DNA of 64,000 nt from contig NC_068982.1 of the NCBI RefSeq assembly GCF_001194135.2, forward strand, positions 144,452,139 through 144,516,138, read 5' to 3'. The notes beneath the pieces are model-generated. The model had not been told where the DNA came from and did no database searches. It saw only the letters and a program-made list of their open reading frames with translations. This document shows, piece after piece, positions 37,478 through 51,436 of this stretch. Numbering within the stretch: position 1 is the stretch's first letter; the number at the start of each line of letters is the position of its first letter. This DNA comes from Octopus bimaculoides (taxonomy: Eukaryota). Position numbers and translations under genes: made by a program.

Positions 37478-38999
37478 AAGAGAGATATGTATATATGTAA
37501 ATACACATAAGGATAAGCATATTAAAAGGGATCCATGAGAAAACTCATTTAAATAAATGGGTTGGGAACCACTGTGAAAAGGTTGGAAATCACTAACAAG
37601 CTGTCAAGAATAGCTACCAGATCTGAGAATGATATATGCAATGGGCTGGCATCCTATCCAGAGAAGAATTTCTCATCTACTAATGTAATAAGACCAGAAC
37701 TGAATAGCAGACTTTTTCAAAGCCCAAGGGGTTTTTAGAAACAAGATATGTTACATTAGACTAAATATCCAAGAAAGCAGTTTTCAAAACTTCATAATTT
37801 CTAGAATTGTATCAATATCTATTAACTGTCTCCTTTGTTCTATGAAATACAGGGAAACCTCTGCTTACCAAACAATTACATTCCATTATCAAATCTAATG
37901 TAGAGGCAAGCTGGCTGGGTAATTAAGACACAGAACTTCTTGCAAATCTATTGCAGATATTTTGATTTTGATATATTTTAGAACAAAATACTTCACACAT
38001 TGTCTCAACTCACCTTATTCCCAGGTCTACGGAAAATTATCTGCAAAAGACATGTGCTCCATCTAATTAATGACATAAAACCTGAGCAAAGCACTGACTC
38101 TTAAATGTTTCTTTAGGAAACATGAGATTATAGTTTATATACACACCAAAGGAACCCAGTGAAGAACTAACTTTTACGAAAGCTACATCAGCTCTACAAA
38201 AAAAAAAATCAGTTTCCTTAAATGTCATATTATATACACATACATGGGCACATGTGCATACAAATATTTACATGCACACATAAACACGTGCACACTGTAT
38301 AATGTTGATGTTACAAATCAAGAAAAAGTACTTAAAATAGGAAGAAAATGTTTACTGGTTTGTTTGAAATTGAATGTTTATGAATTTCTTGCCAAGTGGT
38401 TGTCAAATACTTGGGCTTTCTTTATTTGAGATATTCAGTTATCTGATGAACATTTGGCAAAGAACCTTGAGCTATGGAGGGAGTGAACCAGGAAATTTAA
38501 ATAGGCCATAACACACATACACCATATACAGTCTATTTTATTTTGTGTAAAAAAGGAAAAAGTTTACTGAATGATATCCAATATTTATTTACAAACAGTT
38601 AATCTTTTCCTGAAATTTCAAGCTCTGATAATTATCTTGGCTTTTCCCTTAAACATGAAAGAAGATAACAGAAATCTCCTTCTGAACAGGCTGAAAAGTC
38701 TATTAGAAGCTAACTTCTCACATAATCTGATGCAGCTTGAAGTAACTTGTATACCTGTAGCTAGAGTTGAAACTCATTGGAGATATTGCTAAGTATTCAT
38801 GATATGCATTTAAAGTCAGTACTCCAATCTATGCAACCAAAATACTTCTTTGTCATACATGACCTTCTAATTTATTTTAACTATTTTTGTTTTAGTTGTT
38901 TAAGATGGAGGGGTTGAACCCAAGACCTTCATAGTTCTCAGAGACTGGTGGGATTGATATAGTTGATATTCAGCTAGAATATCAAAATGCCAATGTCTG

Positions 39000-39300
39000 A
39001 TGGAAAAATGTGAAGGGAGGTAATTCCAATGAGTTATCACAGAGGAGGAAGGATTTGGCATAATGGTTAGAGTATCAAGTAAGGCAACAGTGGGAGGAGA
39101 GATGGATTAGTCAAGTGAGTTTTGGTAGAGATGGTGTACAAGTTGCTAGTTCAGAGAAGTAGAGGCGAATGTAGTTGAGCCACAGCAAAAAACCAAATAG
39201 GTAATACCAGCAGTTGAATTGATTGCTGGTGAGTGAGCTTTTGCCAATCAATAGGAAAGCTTTCTTTTGAATATATCTAAGATGTCTGTGTGAGTTTTAG
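39000..39300 (-). mobile_element. Degenerate Jockey/CR1-type LINE 3' end
   Basis: Minus translation AFLLIGKSSLTS...FSELA...SNHYAKSF resembles AIRLI...SLT...CS.EL...RT.HY..SF. Confidence 0.5.
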
Positions 39301-39569
39301 CAGCACTGTCTCAAATGAGAAAATAGTAAACTATAACATGAACTTTCTGAAAAATCAGTAACTAATCAGAGTTGAAGTTTTGGACTCTAATGAGGCAAGT
39401 TTACCTTGTGTACATAACATAGCAAAATGCAGGTTTAGCAATGTTATGTACATGGGATCACCAAGTAGGATCATTAGATATAGTAGGGATTAGTAGTTCT
39501 AACAGCTTGTTAGAGTTAGAAGACATAGTAAAATGACTAAAGAACACAGTTGAGTGAACTGACCTCGAT

Positions 39570-39781
39570 ATCATCATCATCATCATCATTTAACGTCCGC
39601 ATGGGTTGGATGGTTTCACTGAAGACTGGCGAACCAGATGGCTGCACCAGGCTCCAATTTGATCTAGCAGAGTTTCTACAGCTGGATGCCCTTTCTAACG
39701 CCAACCACTCCGAGAGTGTAGTGGCTGCTTTTACGTGCCACCAGCACAAGGGCCAGTCAGGCGGTACTGGCAATGGCCATG
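39570..39781 (-). mobile_element. 5'-truncated RTE 3' end abutting (CA)n
   Basis: tcatcatcatcatcatcatttaacgtccgcatgggttgg...gcggtactggcaatggccatgct. Confidence 0.85.
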
Positions 39782-39798
39782 CTACACGCACACACGCA

Positions 39799-39867
<69 letters not shown>

Positions 39868-40129
39868 NNNNNNNNNNNNNNNNNNNNNNNNNNNNNNNNN
39901 NNNNNNNNNNNNNNNNNNNNNNNNNNNNCACACACACATACATATACATACATACATATATATATATATACACACACTACTGGTACATATATTATTGAAT
40001 ATGAAAGGTTAAAAGGCAAAGTTAACTCTGCTACAACATGTATGCAGTAAAGCAAAACCCTGAAATAGATATCATAAAGTCTCTGACATTTGAGCTAGCT
40101 TATACACAATTTGTCAGTATATTCTCAGG

Positions 40130-40590
40130 TCTTCCAGGGAGACCCACTGAGCAGAATCCCAATCAGTCCTCATCTCTGCAAGATACCTCCTCATCTGCTG
40201 TCGGCATGTGGCTGACCAACACAAGCCATCAACTTAGCCAGATTCTCAGTGAAGAGAACACAGTAACAAGCATCCAACTGGGAAAATCAAGCAACGTGGC
40301 CAAATAGTCTGAGCTGGCACTCCTGAATTATACAAGTAACAGGACGAAACCCAGTTTCTGAGTAGTCACTGGTGTGATACAAAATCTGACCAATGGCAAC
40401 TCATAATCCTGCAAAGCATCCTTGTACCAAAAGAGTTCAGGTAGCTTCTAAGAGCCCTGGACAGTGTCCAAGTCTCACAACTATAGAGCAGGACAAAGAA
40501 GACCAGAGACCTGAAGACTCCAACCTTTGTCCTCCTGCGTAGATACCAGCAGTGCCAAACACACTTGTCCAATAAGTTCACAACTGCATC
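40130..40590 (-). mobile_element. Degenerate RTE ORF C-terminal fragment (different subfamily from 46104-46900)
   Basis: WHCWYLRRRTKVGVFRSLVFFVLLYSCETWTL...FGTRMLCRIM...WSDFVS, typical RTE post-RT motifs (LYG.ETW). Confidence 0.8.
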
Positions 40591-42244
40591 CAAGTAATTT
40601 TAGGGCTTCAGACTCACAGCTATGAATGTTGCTATGAATCTCACTTCCGAGATAAGTGAAGCAGTCACAACTTTGACATTATGAGTGAGAATGTTGAAAC
40701 TGCAGGTGAGAATCAAAACTAATTTTGAAGAATTTCTACACTAGAGGGAGAGATCCTTTATCAGTTATGATAAAGAGCATTCAGTTGCTCAATCAACTGA
40801 ATTCTTACTTGCAAAATTAGCAATTAAGGTGGTTCAATATTCCATAGAAACACGTACTCTTAACACAATTCTTGGGTCAAATAAGGGTTGGGGCTTTGAT
40901 CCAGAGATAGAAAGAAAAACAGAAGCAATCTCAAGACTTCAGTGGTACTTTATCAACTTTGAAAGTTGATCTCAACAGGATTTGAATTCAGAACACATCT
41001 AGAACAAATTATTCTAACTAATGCTCTAATTGACAGCCGATCACTGTCTTATGGCTATACTAGAGTACCAAAAGAGTTCATTTTGAATAAAAACCATTGT
41101 TTTTTCCACTAGGTACATGGCCTTGTTTGCAGGAGAAAGGTGTAGCTAACTGAATCAACCCAAGAGTATTAACTTACATTCATAAAGCTCAAATATACAT
41201 AAGGCTTAACTCCAGCTTTTCTGGTATTTAGCAGAAGAGAGGAAAATCTCTCCCTGGAGAGGACGCCAGTTTGTCACATGTACCTCTAGTCTGTATTCTC
41301 AAAATAAAGTTCATACCTATACACAGAGTAAAATACATGATGTGGATTTGAACTCTTCAACATTACCATAATAATCAATTACCTGATTTAACCTCAAAAT
41401 ATAACCAGATAAGTCTTGGTACTATAATGATTCAGTGTTTCTGCACTATCATTTCTGTCACTATTTGTTTCCAAACTGCCCTAAATTACATAATGCAGGT
41501 AGAACTAACAGTGAATTTGCCTGCCTAAGTTATAAATATATAATAAAAATAAAAAAATTCAAAAGATCTTGCTGTGATAAGTACTAAAGAAGACATCTGT
41601 ATCAATGGCATTTTTCATGCCCTATTTGGTATGGAGTCTAATAAAAATTTGCAAGCCATAAATGACTGAACTATTTATGAAATGTTGAATGGAAATAAAG
41701 GTCAAAGGAAATTAACAAAGAACGTGTTAGTATTAATAAAATATTAAGTAATATGTTGTTAACTATCTTACAAACAGCAGTGAATACAAGATTTAAATCA
41801 GTGGGAATTTTTTTTATACTAATAATTTCTAACAAAAGTATAAGATTGTAAACTGAGAATGAATGGGAGTAATTAATTGATTAAATGACTTCCGGTACCT
41901 GACTTTTATAATAATGTCTTGTCTATTTTAATAAAGGGAGAGATTTAATTACTGTTTCTTTCAGGTTGAATGATATTAAGCTGTGACATAAGACATTACA
42001 AAACTATTTCAAGAAACAAAACAGGACAACAATGAGTAGGTGACACTCAAAGCTGACTGATGCTTTCAACAGATTTTCTTCTAACACTCATAGTCAATAT
42101 GCCAAAAGATGAACCTTCTGACTAGAGGAATACATCTCTTTCACACATAGCAAAAAACGGGTATTTCAATCTGATCAGATGAAAACTAGGACATGACACA
42201 AGTCAAGCAGTAATAAATAATGGTGATGATCTTCACCACTTTTG

Positions 42245-42430
42245 TCAGGCTTTTCAGCGAGTGTCCTCTGGGTAAGACTGGTTATTCTAATCATAGCCTA
42301 ATTCCAGATTTTAGCCAATGGGGGATGTGGCTGAAACCAAACTCCAGGCATCTTAACAGGACCATTGGTCCAGCAAACCATATTTCTGGCTGATGTGGCC
42401 TTACATCATCAGATAATGAGCTTCAAGCCC
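42245..42430 (-). mobile_element. Degenerate L1/Tx1-like fragment
   Basis: Minus translation WTNGPVKMPGVWF...KIW resembles WTDGPVK.LGVWFG....EKNW. Confidence 0.45.
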
Positions 42431-43061
42431 CATTAACTTTTATTTGGTTAATGCATGCTCAAGCAACCATTCTGTACAACAATAATAATTCTAACAAAAG
42501 TACATGGCCATCAATTTAGGGAATAGTCAATGAAACTGACCCCAGTACTTGACTGGTGCATATTTTACTGACCTAGGAACGATGAAGTTTAAATTTAATT
42601 TCATTAGGATTTTAACTCTAAATATAGATGGAAGCAGGATTATCATAAAGGGTGTTAATTTTTTCAAATGGATGTATATTTTGTTAAGTGTGAACAATGT
42701 CTTTCAAAAAGGAGAAAATTTTGCCAACACACCTTAAAACTGCTTGATTAAACTGAATCAAACATACATACACTCACACACTGGTTAAAATATTTTTTTT
42801 TTTGTGGGTTCCAAACATTGTAATGCAATATGAAATAGGAGCAATAGACCAAAGTATACTGTTAGAGCAATATAGAAGTTTGAAGAAATTACTTAGTTAT
42901 ATGATTATATGATAGCAAAGGAGAATGGGCACCAGCCAGCCCTAAGGTTGGAGTGAGCTGCACCTGCCTACCTCGGTTGCTATGGCATTAAGGTAGATCT
43001 GGCCACCTCCATTAACGGGGACAAAACCAGGATTTAAAACACTGGAAGATAATGATGATAG

Positions 43062-43448
43062 GAGCAGGTTTGATCGTGTGGCTAAGTTTACCTCCCAGCC
43101 ATATGGTTTTTGGTCCCATAGCAGGGCACCTTGGGCAAGCTTTGTATTATAGCTCTAGGTCAACTAAAGCCTTGTGAGTGAATTTGGTAGATGGAAACTG
43201 AAGGAAGCTCATCATGTGTGTATGTGTGTACATGCAGGTGTTTGTTCAAGTGTGCTAATGTCTTAATACCATAAGATAGTTGTAAATGAACACCATGATC
43301 ATACAAGCAAAAAATGATGAAACCTGGGAAAATATTACCTTCCCTGAAAACAGGTGAAGGTTGGCAACAAGTAGAGCATCCAGCTGTAGAAAATCAACCT
43401 CAACAAATTTTCTGACCCATGCGAGCATGAAAAAGTGGACATTAAATG
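43062..43448 (+). mobile_element. SINE with family A head and RTE-type 3' tail
   Basis: Head as at 15388; tail gcatccagctgtagaaaa..ccaacc/gacccatgcgagcatgaaaaagtggacattaaatg matches the RTE 3' terminus. Confidence 0.7.
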
Positions 43449-43743
43449 TTCATATTGGTGACATGGAAAAATTTCACTTACATTACTGAATTTGGAGTCC
43501 TTGTTCAGCATTCCTCTTTTATAAAATTAGAGTTACATACTGCAATAAAAGATAAAAAGAAACTATTAATTAAAAAAAAAAAATTGCAATTATTTTATTT
43601 TTCAATATTGGAGACATTGATACCAGAGAGCAGCATATCACTAGAGAGCATAATTTAAATGGAGAGAAAGAAATAAAGTAGGGAAAAATATAAGCAGAGT
43701 AAAAGAAAGAAACAGACAAACAGACACACACACACACGCACAG

Positions 43744-43780
<37 letters not shown>

Positions 43781-46103
43781 GTTAATGGCTCTCAAAACAG
43801 AAAATAATTATACAAGAGGGAGAAAATAGCCAAATCGTAGAGAAACCTGAATGAGCTAGATTTCTAGATATAGCAGAGTCTATCAAGTTCAAGCATATAC
43901 AGAGAGCAAGAATGAAAACAAGAATGGGAGACATGGGCAGAGCAAAAAGGAGACGGAAATGGTCACGGAAATAAAATTATAGTGAAGGATGAAGAAGAGG
44001 TGGCAAGAAAGACTGGCAGAGGTCGTGACAAAGAGAATAGCAAGACAAGGAAGGATCCACTATGTGGTCACTAATCTACTACAAATATCAGTCAAGTCTA
44101 CCTCAAATCACATGCTAATGTTTTATATAACTGAAAGATAACTTGCATAATTTAGTCCTCAATACAATTATGGAGAGAGAGAGAGAGAGAAAAAAGGAAA
44201 GAGAGGGGTGATGGTCACAGCTGGAACACTTTTGATCACAGATCTATTTGATAATGGCTAACAACAGCTATATCTATTACAACAATATTTTGCCAGTTTA
44301 TAAATAGTACAGAACTGAGGCAAAGTAGAAGACATATACAGAGTATCATTTGTCTTTCATATTGATTATTTTTATATAAATAAAATATCATCCAAAGAAT
44401 AGTCACTTATATAGTTAATGAGTATGTTTATTAAATGATTAGTTTTCAAGGACTTTGAAAATGTAGATCTGTCAATATAATGTAGGTGTGGAATTTGTGC
44501 ATCTGTTAATAAACATTCAAAGAACAGCTGCATGGTGGGATTAAAGGGGGGAAATTCCGTGAAGCATTGTCATGACAGTAGCAACAGAGTTAAATGAAAA
44601 GTCAAATATCTCCAGTAAAACTTACAGTCTATGAAAACAGTGATGCTTCAGGTAGACAAAGTCTATCGGATAATAAAAAACAAATATTTCAGGAGTTTAA
44701 AATGGTTGACAACTGAAAAAGAAAAAAGAACACAACTGATTTATATCTATCTCTCACTAAGAAGGGCATCCAGTCATAGAAACCATGCGAAAGCAGACAG
44801 GAGTTTGGCATAATCCTCAGGTTTGCCAGCATCCAACCCATACCAGTAAAGAGAATGGTGATCTCAGACTAACTACGGTTTGTTCAGATACATATTGAAA
44901 ATAATGTATGCAAAAATTTCTTAATGATTGAAAATTTGCCTCAAAGCAGAAGGAAAACAAATAAGAGACCTGGTGGTAATTGTAAGCAAAAAGAAATGGG
45001 GGGAAATAATTCTAAGAAATTAATAATTCACTTTACAAGAAATTGAATTTCATAATTTGGAAAAAAATCTAAGCAAAGGTGACAGTTATAGATTTGTTTT
45101 CGCCTTATTAAACTTCATCAGAAAAGCATAGTACTTCTCTGCTCTAATTAGTGAGCAGATTTTTATAAGGTCTACTAAAAACATACAAAAATTTTTAAAT
45201 TATCTGAGGTCAAATAAAACTAAATCATACCTACAGTTGTCACCTTACCTGCTAACAAAGATCAGATTATTTTATTCTTAAACTTCGAAATTCAGTTTTT
45301 TGTAACAGTATTTTTTAATTTCTTGATATAATCTCCCTTATCGTGTGTGTACACCCCAGATTTTAGAATAGGCACAGTGTGTCCCTGTGTGTTCCTAATG
45401 ATGTGTCTAAAAGGAGTGACTGTAAAACACTGCTACTAAAAGTCTCATCTAAACCATCCCATCATGGAAAAGCAGACATAAAATTGACAATTATGCAATG
45501 AGGGCATTGTTTTCCATTAACTATGTATTTTTTGTATATGTTAGTTTGTACATCACAACCTACCTGAATAATCTAAATTCATACTATTGACCCTCTTGAG
45601 TTATTTCTCTCATTTTTTTCTTTTTTTTTTACAGACGAGGGAAAGCCAGAAGGAAATTGATCAGATGTTATTACTAGGAACATAAAACAAATTCAAAAAC
45701 CTAGTCTTTAGTTACCCAACAATGTTAATAGTAATAAATAATAAGTATCAAGAAAAAAAAAATTTTCTTTTGCTTACAATATCTTGCTTGCAGAAAGTTA
45801 ATCCTATCTCAAACCTCAAAAGAAATATTGAAATAGTATTTAAATTTGGGTTTTCTGGCCAGGACAATAATCTGTTAGATTTTCCCAGATATTTTCAAAA
45901 CATTTTGTATAGCTAAGTACACAGAAGTAACAAAAATAAAATGTCATACACAGAGATACAATGAAATGCTTAGCAAGGATTTGAATTCATTAACACATTG
46001 TTAGCTTCTTTATCTGTTCCATTGTTTTATCATTTCAATTAAGTTGAGCAGATTTTAATTTGATGCTGGATCAATATTTACATTGGGAGTGCTGGACTGA
46101 GTC

Positions 46104-46900
46104 ATCATCATCATAATCGTTTAATGTCCATTTTCTATGCTGGCATGGGTTGGATAGTTTGACTGAGGTCTGGAGAGCCAGCGGCTGCACCAGGCTCCAA
46201 TCTGATCTGGCAAGGTTTCTACAACTGGATACCCTTCCTAACGCCAACCACTCCGAGTGTGTAGTGGGTGCTTTTTACGTGCCACCAGCACAAGAGCCAG
46301 TCAGACTTGGCATCAATCACATTTGGATGGTGCTTTTTACGTACCACCAGCACAGGAGCCAGTTAGGGGACACTGGCCACAGCTATGATATTAGTTTTAC
46401 TTGACTCAACAGGTCTTCTCAAGCATATCATATCCATCAGGGGTATTCTTAACAGGGCCAGACATGTGTAGCTGCGATCTCACTTTAGTTGCCAGGTCTT
46501 CTCAATCACAAGATATCTCCAAAGGTCCTGGTCTCTAGTCATTGCCTCTATGAGGCCTAATGTTCGAAGGTAATGCTTCACCACCTTATTCCATGTCTTC
46601 CTGGGTCTACCTCTTCCACAGGTTCCTTCTATAGTTAGGGAGTGACACTTCCTCACATAGCTGTCCTCATCCATACATAACACATGACCATACCAGCACA
46701 GTTGACTCTCTTGCACACCACATTTGATGCTTCTTAGGCCCAACTTTTCTCTCAGGGCACTTACACTCTGTTGTGTATGCATACTGACATTACACATCCA
46801 GCAGATCATACTAGCTTCATTTCTTTCAAGCCTACATATGTCCTCAGCATTCAATATCATGTTTTCTCTCTCTTCATAAGCAAGTTTAAATTCTACCAGG
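46104..46900 (-). mobile_element. 5'-truncated RTE LINE: ORF C-terminus plus 3'UTR and (GAT)n tail
   Basis: ORF 46480..46932: RLERNEASMICWMC...LREKLG...WYGHVLCMDE...GRGRPRKTW...LGLIEAMTRDQDLWR; contiguous with the repeated 3'UTR. Confidence 0.9.
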
Positions 46901-49900
46901 ATCCTCACTAATGTAAGTTCTTCCCGATTCAAATAACCATGCTTCTACTCAAAAAATTTATGGCCCTGCACCAGTGTTATAAATCATTTTAGAACAGAAA
47001 TCAAAATTACAACTTTTTTAGACTACAAAAATAGAAACTGGAAAAGCAAAGGAAACGTAAACATTGTTGATTCATATTTTATTTAATCATAATATATACG
47101 AACAGGAAGAAACAAGAGAATAGTTTTGTGAAAGAAATAAAAAATCTTGGACCAGAGAGATAAATATTTTGGCAAATTAACATAATTCTCAGTGGCAGTA
47201 AAATTATGGCTAAATCAAAACAAATTCATAACTCAGATCTGTAGAATGTTCCATAATTTTCAGGTCATAACTATCTGAGAGCAAATTCTAAGTCTTCTCA
47301 ATTTGTATCTCTTCTAGACAGGATCAATCCTAAAGTGCACAAAAACTGAACTTGTTTATATCTTCCTAATATCTTATCACTTTTTTGGTCTATTTGTATA
47401 ATCTATCATCTTGACATGACACAGCCACTAGAAAATACTTAAGGCAAAAAGGAACTTCTAGGTGGTCCCTAGGCATAAATGACTGTTTGAAAAAATAAAA
47501 CAGATGATGATCACAGCTGAAGTATATTTGATTATAGGTCTACTCTATCAAACCTAATGCAAACCTCTTGCAAGCTTCTTGTCATAAAATCAAAACAACT
47601 AATATATCTATCATAAAACAGAGGCAAACTAACAAATATCTAAAAGCTGTCGTATATATATATATATATTGTATTTATATGAGTGTTCCATTCACCAGAA
47701 ACCCTCATTATAAATGACAATCACAAACCAAAAGTCTAAAGTTCAAATGAAGAACTACAAAAAAATACTTCCTCTTGATGGCATTTGGATAACCAGATGA
47801 CAGGAGAAAAAGTAGATAAAAATAATGGAAAAACTAAGGTTCTTCCCTTTTTTTCTGAAGGTCAATGTTTTAGTAAAAACAGAATAGAACACATATGAAA
47901 GAGATTATAGGTTTATTTAGTTTTAGCTTGTTTTTATGTATTTATTAAAAAAATTCAAAATGTAACTTACTATTAGTTTTTTTTATTGATAAATATATGA
48001 AGTAGAAAATTTTAAATATCAACATGTACCAAAAAGACTACCTGACCCATTCAATAAAAATAAAGCTAAAATGTCGGTACATATATGACACATATTTATG
48101 TTAATTTTAGCATGTTTGGTTGAATAGTAGTTCATGTATTTGTACATTTGTACACATTTATAAAAATAAATCATTATTATGCCTGGTTTCATGGGAAACT
48201 ATTTTTTTTTTTTTTCATATATTCCAGTGACCTGTTGATATTCATCAACTCTACCAAGGACTATACAGTATGTAAAATGAGTAATAATAAAGTTTTGTTA
48301 TTCTAGTTTCCAGTTTATATATATTTTCATTTTCTGCTTAAAGGTGTTTAAAATGTGATTATCCCAAGTAGGTGACTGAATACTTAAATAAAGATTCTGT
48401 CATGCACTGATAAAACAGAAAATTTGGTAACAGAGACTGAATTTATTCTTCTCAGTAATATCTGTTGGTTAAGCTTCAATATGACACACATGACAAATAA
48501 AAACTGACTTTCCCATCATTATATATGTGATGTCATTAAGGTGCTGGTCTAATGACTACATGGTCATGAGCATTGTATCTTGTCCCCTGAGTAAGGTAAA
48601 ATAAACCCTGCTTGCTCTATGCTTGCTTGGCTGATAATTCCAACTTCACAGTTGAGTGGCCAGCAGCTGGAAAATATAAAAATAAAATCATTCCACTGAT
48701 CCTATCATCTATTTTCATTTTGTTAAATGAGCTATTTTTAACATAATGCATATTTATTAAAACGATAGGATATTAGACAGGGTTTAGGAGTTATGGTTAT
48801 ATGTTCAAGATGTGAGAGCATTGTATCTATATGAGGACATTATATTTATTATTTTGTGGTTAAATGGAAGGAATACACTGCAAATATGACCAAAAGACAA
48901 GAGAAGAAAATGCAATGTTACTTTTTCTCAGTTACTCAGACAGTAATTCACTTCATGTCAGTAAAATATTAAATAAATTTTAAAAAAGAAATTTTGTGTC
49001 TGGTCAAAAACAAATTACTTGTTTAAAAGAGACAAGGCTAATGAACAGATACTAAAAAATATACCAATTAATTATAGGTGAGTCATCATTGTGACCATTT
49101 CTTCATGCTGTATAAGATAAATGGATCTGAGGTATTAAAGATTTCCACCCACCTTCCTGTGTTATCTCATCTGTGAGTTACTGTGTCCTAAGAGCTGATC
49201 TCACACTTCATATCTTTCTCTATCAATGGCTACTTTCCACTGTTAGTACATAGCAAGTGTTATCCATTTATATTATGTCTATACTTTTATAACTACACTT
49301 CTACTATACATTACCAAATACCCTTACTGCCAATCTATTTTTCATATCATTTGCACATCACCTTTACACATGTTGACACAGGGCATCCAGTAAAACATTT
49401 CTTTGTAGCTATCACAAGTCTTCTGAATCTATTGTCCAGTTCTTTCTACCATGTAGTATTACACCTCTTACACATGCTTCATCCCATCTACCTGTTCAAC
49501 AAATGCAAATTTTGCTTCTCAAGAAAATTTACATTCAATTGACTAAACTTGTCAACAACTGCAACAAGAAACATTAATTTCTAAATGTGAACATGAAAAC
49601 AATTTACACCTGATATATTTAAAAACAATTATTTTCCTCACCAAAATGACTGACCAATTCCCAACCTCATTTGATCAAGAGTTACGTGATACACAAATGA
49701 CATACATTACAACAAAGCTACATCCAGCTATTACACTAAAACTGATTCTTCTTCAGAGCATAAAACTTGCAGCATGATATCACAAGACAAGATTATTTTT
49801 ATTTGATTCTTTTAAATAAGTGAATATATATCATACTTAAGTAGTAGAGGACTGATAGTATGACATATAAGTGTGCTTAGGAGTGGTGATATAGCTAAAA

Positions 49901-51436
49901 CATTCTGAACAGTTAGGAATGATAAATAAATCAAAACAATAGTATCTTTTCTTACTTCTTCATTACACCCAACAAAGTAATGCTATACATCACAAACTAG
50001 TCAGCTTTATTTGATTGTCCAATGAAAAGAATATGTACGATATACAAGCTTAGAGTACAAATTTTTGTACTGTATACAAGTTTGAGACAGAGTATACTTT
50101 TAAATATATTCAAAATTTAATAACAGCTCAGATCATTGAATGTTCAATATGGTATGAATACAATTTAAAATTTGAATACCAGCACAATTATACTATCATA
50201 GTTCAAGAAAACAGATGTTCATATAAAGTCACCAAATGTTCATCGGTGTAAAGCTCTTAGTTACTTAAAGCTATAACTTTGTGACAGTACCACCATCTTT
50301 CGATGGTCAGCTTAGTTTGTCTCATGTGGTTTTGTTATTGTAATCCTTTTGATTATTCTAATAATTTATGTACTAGATTATCATATAAATTCAATAAGTA
50401 AATGATTATAAATGCCTCAGTTAGCAGCAAGAAGCACGAAAAGGTCAATTCTTGGTACTGGCTTCATACTGTTACACGAGTGAAAGTATTACTCAATTGA
50501 ATGCAGATAATATTCATAGATGAGCTATTGTTTCTCCTAAAACAGACGGATAAACTAAAATAAAATAATCCCAAGTAGATGACTGAATACTATAATGCAC
50601 TGATAAAAAAGAAAACTTTATAATGGTCAAAGACTGAACTTATTCGTCTCAGTAATAATACCTATTAGTTGAGCTTCCATATGACACACAGTACAAACAA
50701 AAACTGACTTTTCCATCATAATATAAGTAGTGTGGTTAAGGTACCCCACTACTGACTACATGGTCATGAACACAGCTAGTGTAGCAAAACTCTGCTACAC
50801 TATTTACAAAAGGTTAGCTAAAGAAAATAATTAAAGTGGGGCAAAGGCATGAATTTAGATAATTCGGGTAGGTGATGACATACTGAATGATGCACACAAA
50901 ACATTCTCAGTGAACTGAAAATTACATTTTAGCTGGAAAAAGATAAAAACTAGGGGTAACTGTTAACATCTCAAAGAAAAAGGGAAATTATTTCAATTAA
51001 TAACTAATTTCATAGAAAATTTAATTTTTCATGTTTAGAGGGGGGGGGGGNNNNNNNNNNGGGGGGGGGACCCCCTTCACTTTTCTTAGTGAGCAAAGTG
51101 GCACCTACAGGTATATTTTCAGTCTCATTAGACCTCATTAACTGGCAATTCCAATATTGTATAACCAAATGCTCCGAATAGATTTAAATTTAAATGTCTT
51201 TAAACTGACCATTTTACTTTTATAATTAGTTACTGGAGAGTTCTCTAACTACACCAATAGTTCTTAACCCTTTTGCATCCATGTCTCAAATCTGAAAAGA
51301 TCACTTGCTCACCAAACAAGAACCCTGTTATTAAAATAAGTACTATAATAGCCCAATAAATTCAGTTGTCTATCACAAATTGTTAAACATCAAGAACATG
51401 CCTAGTTAAAAGGGATTATTTCTCCCTTTTTTTCAG

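Noticed and set aside
41178-41220. Candidate 43-nt exon KAGVKPYVYLSFMN; similar candidates at 50470-50536 and ~37868-37893
   Set aside because: Plausible AG/GT pairs, but expected by chance in 60 kb of AT-rich DNA; the phases do not chain into a coherent gene model.
45290-45406. Candidate terminal exon HIIRNTQGHTVPILKSGVYTHDKGDYIKKLKNTVTKN*
   Set aside because: Short, no homology, no downstream polyadenylation evidence, and inconsistent with the gene continuing to 699.
51039-51069. Long G run (possible G-quadruplex)
   Set aside because: Split by an N gap; true length unknown and homopolymers are error-prone.
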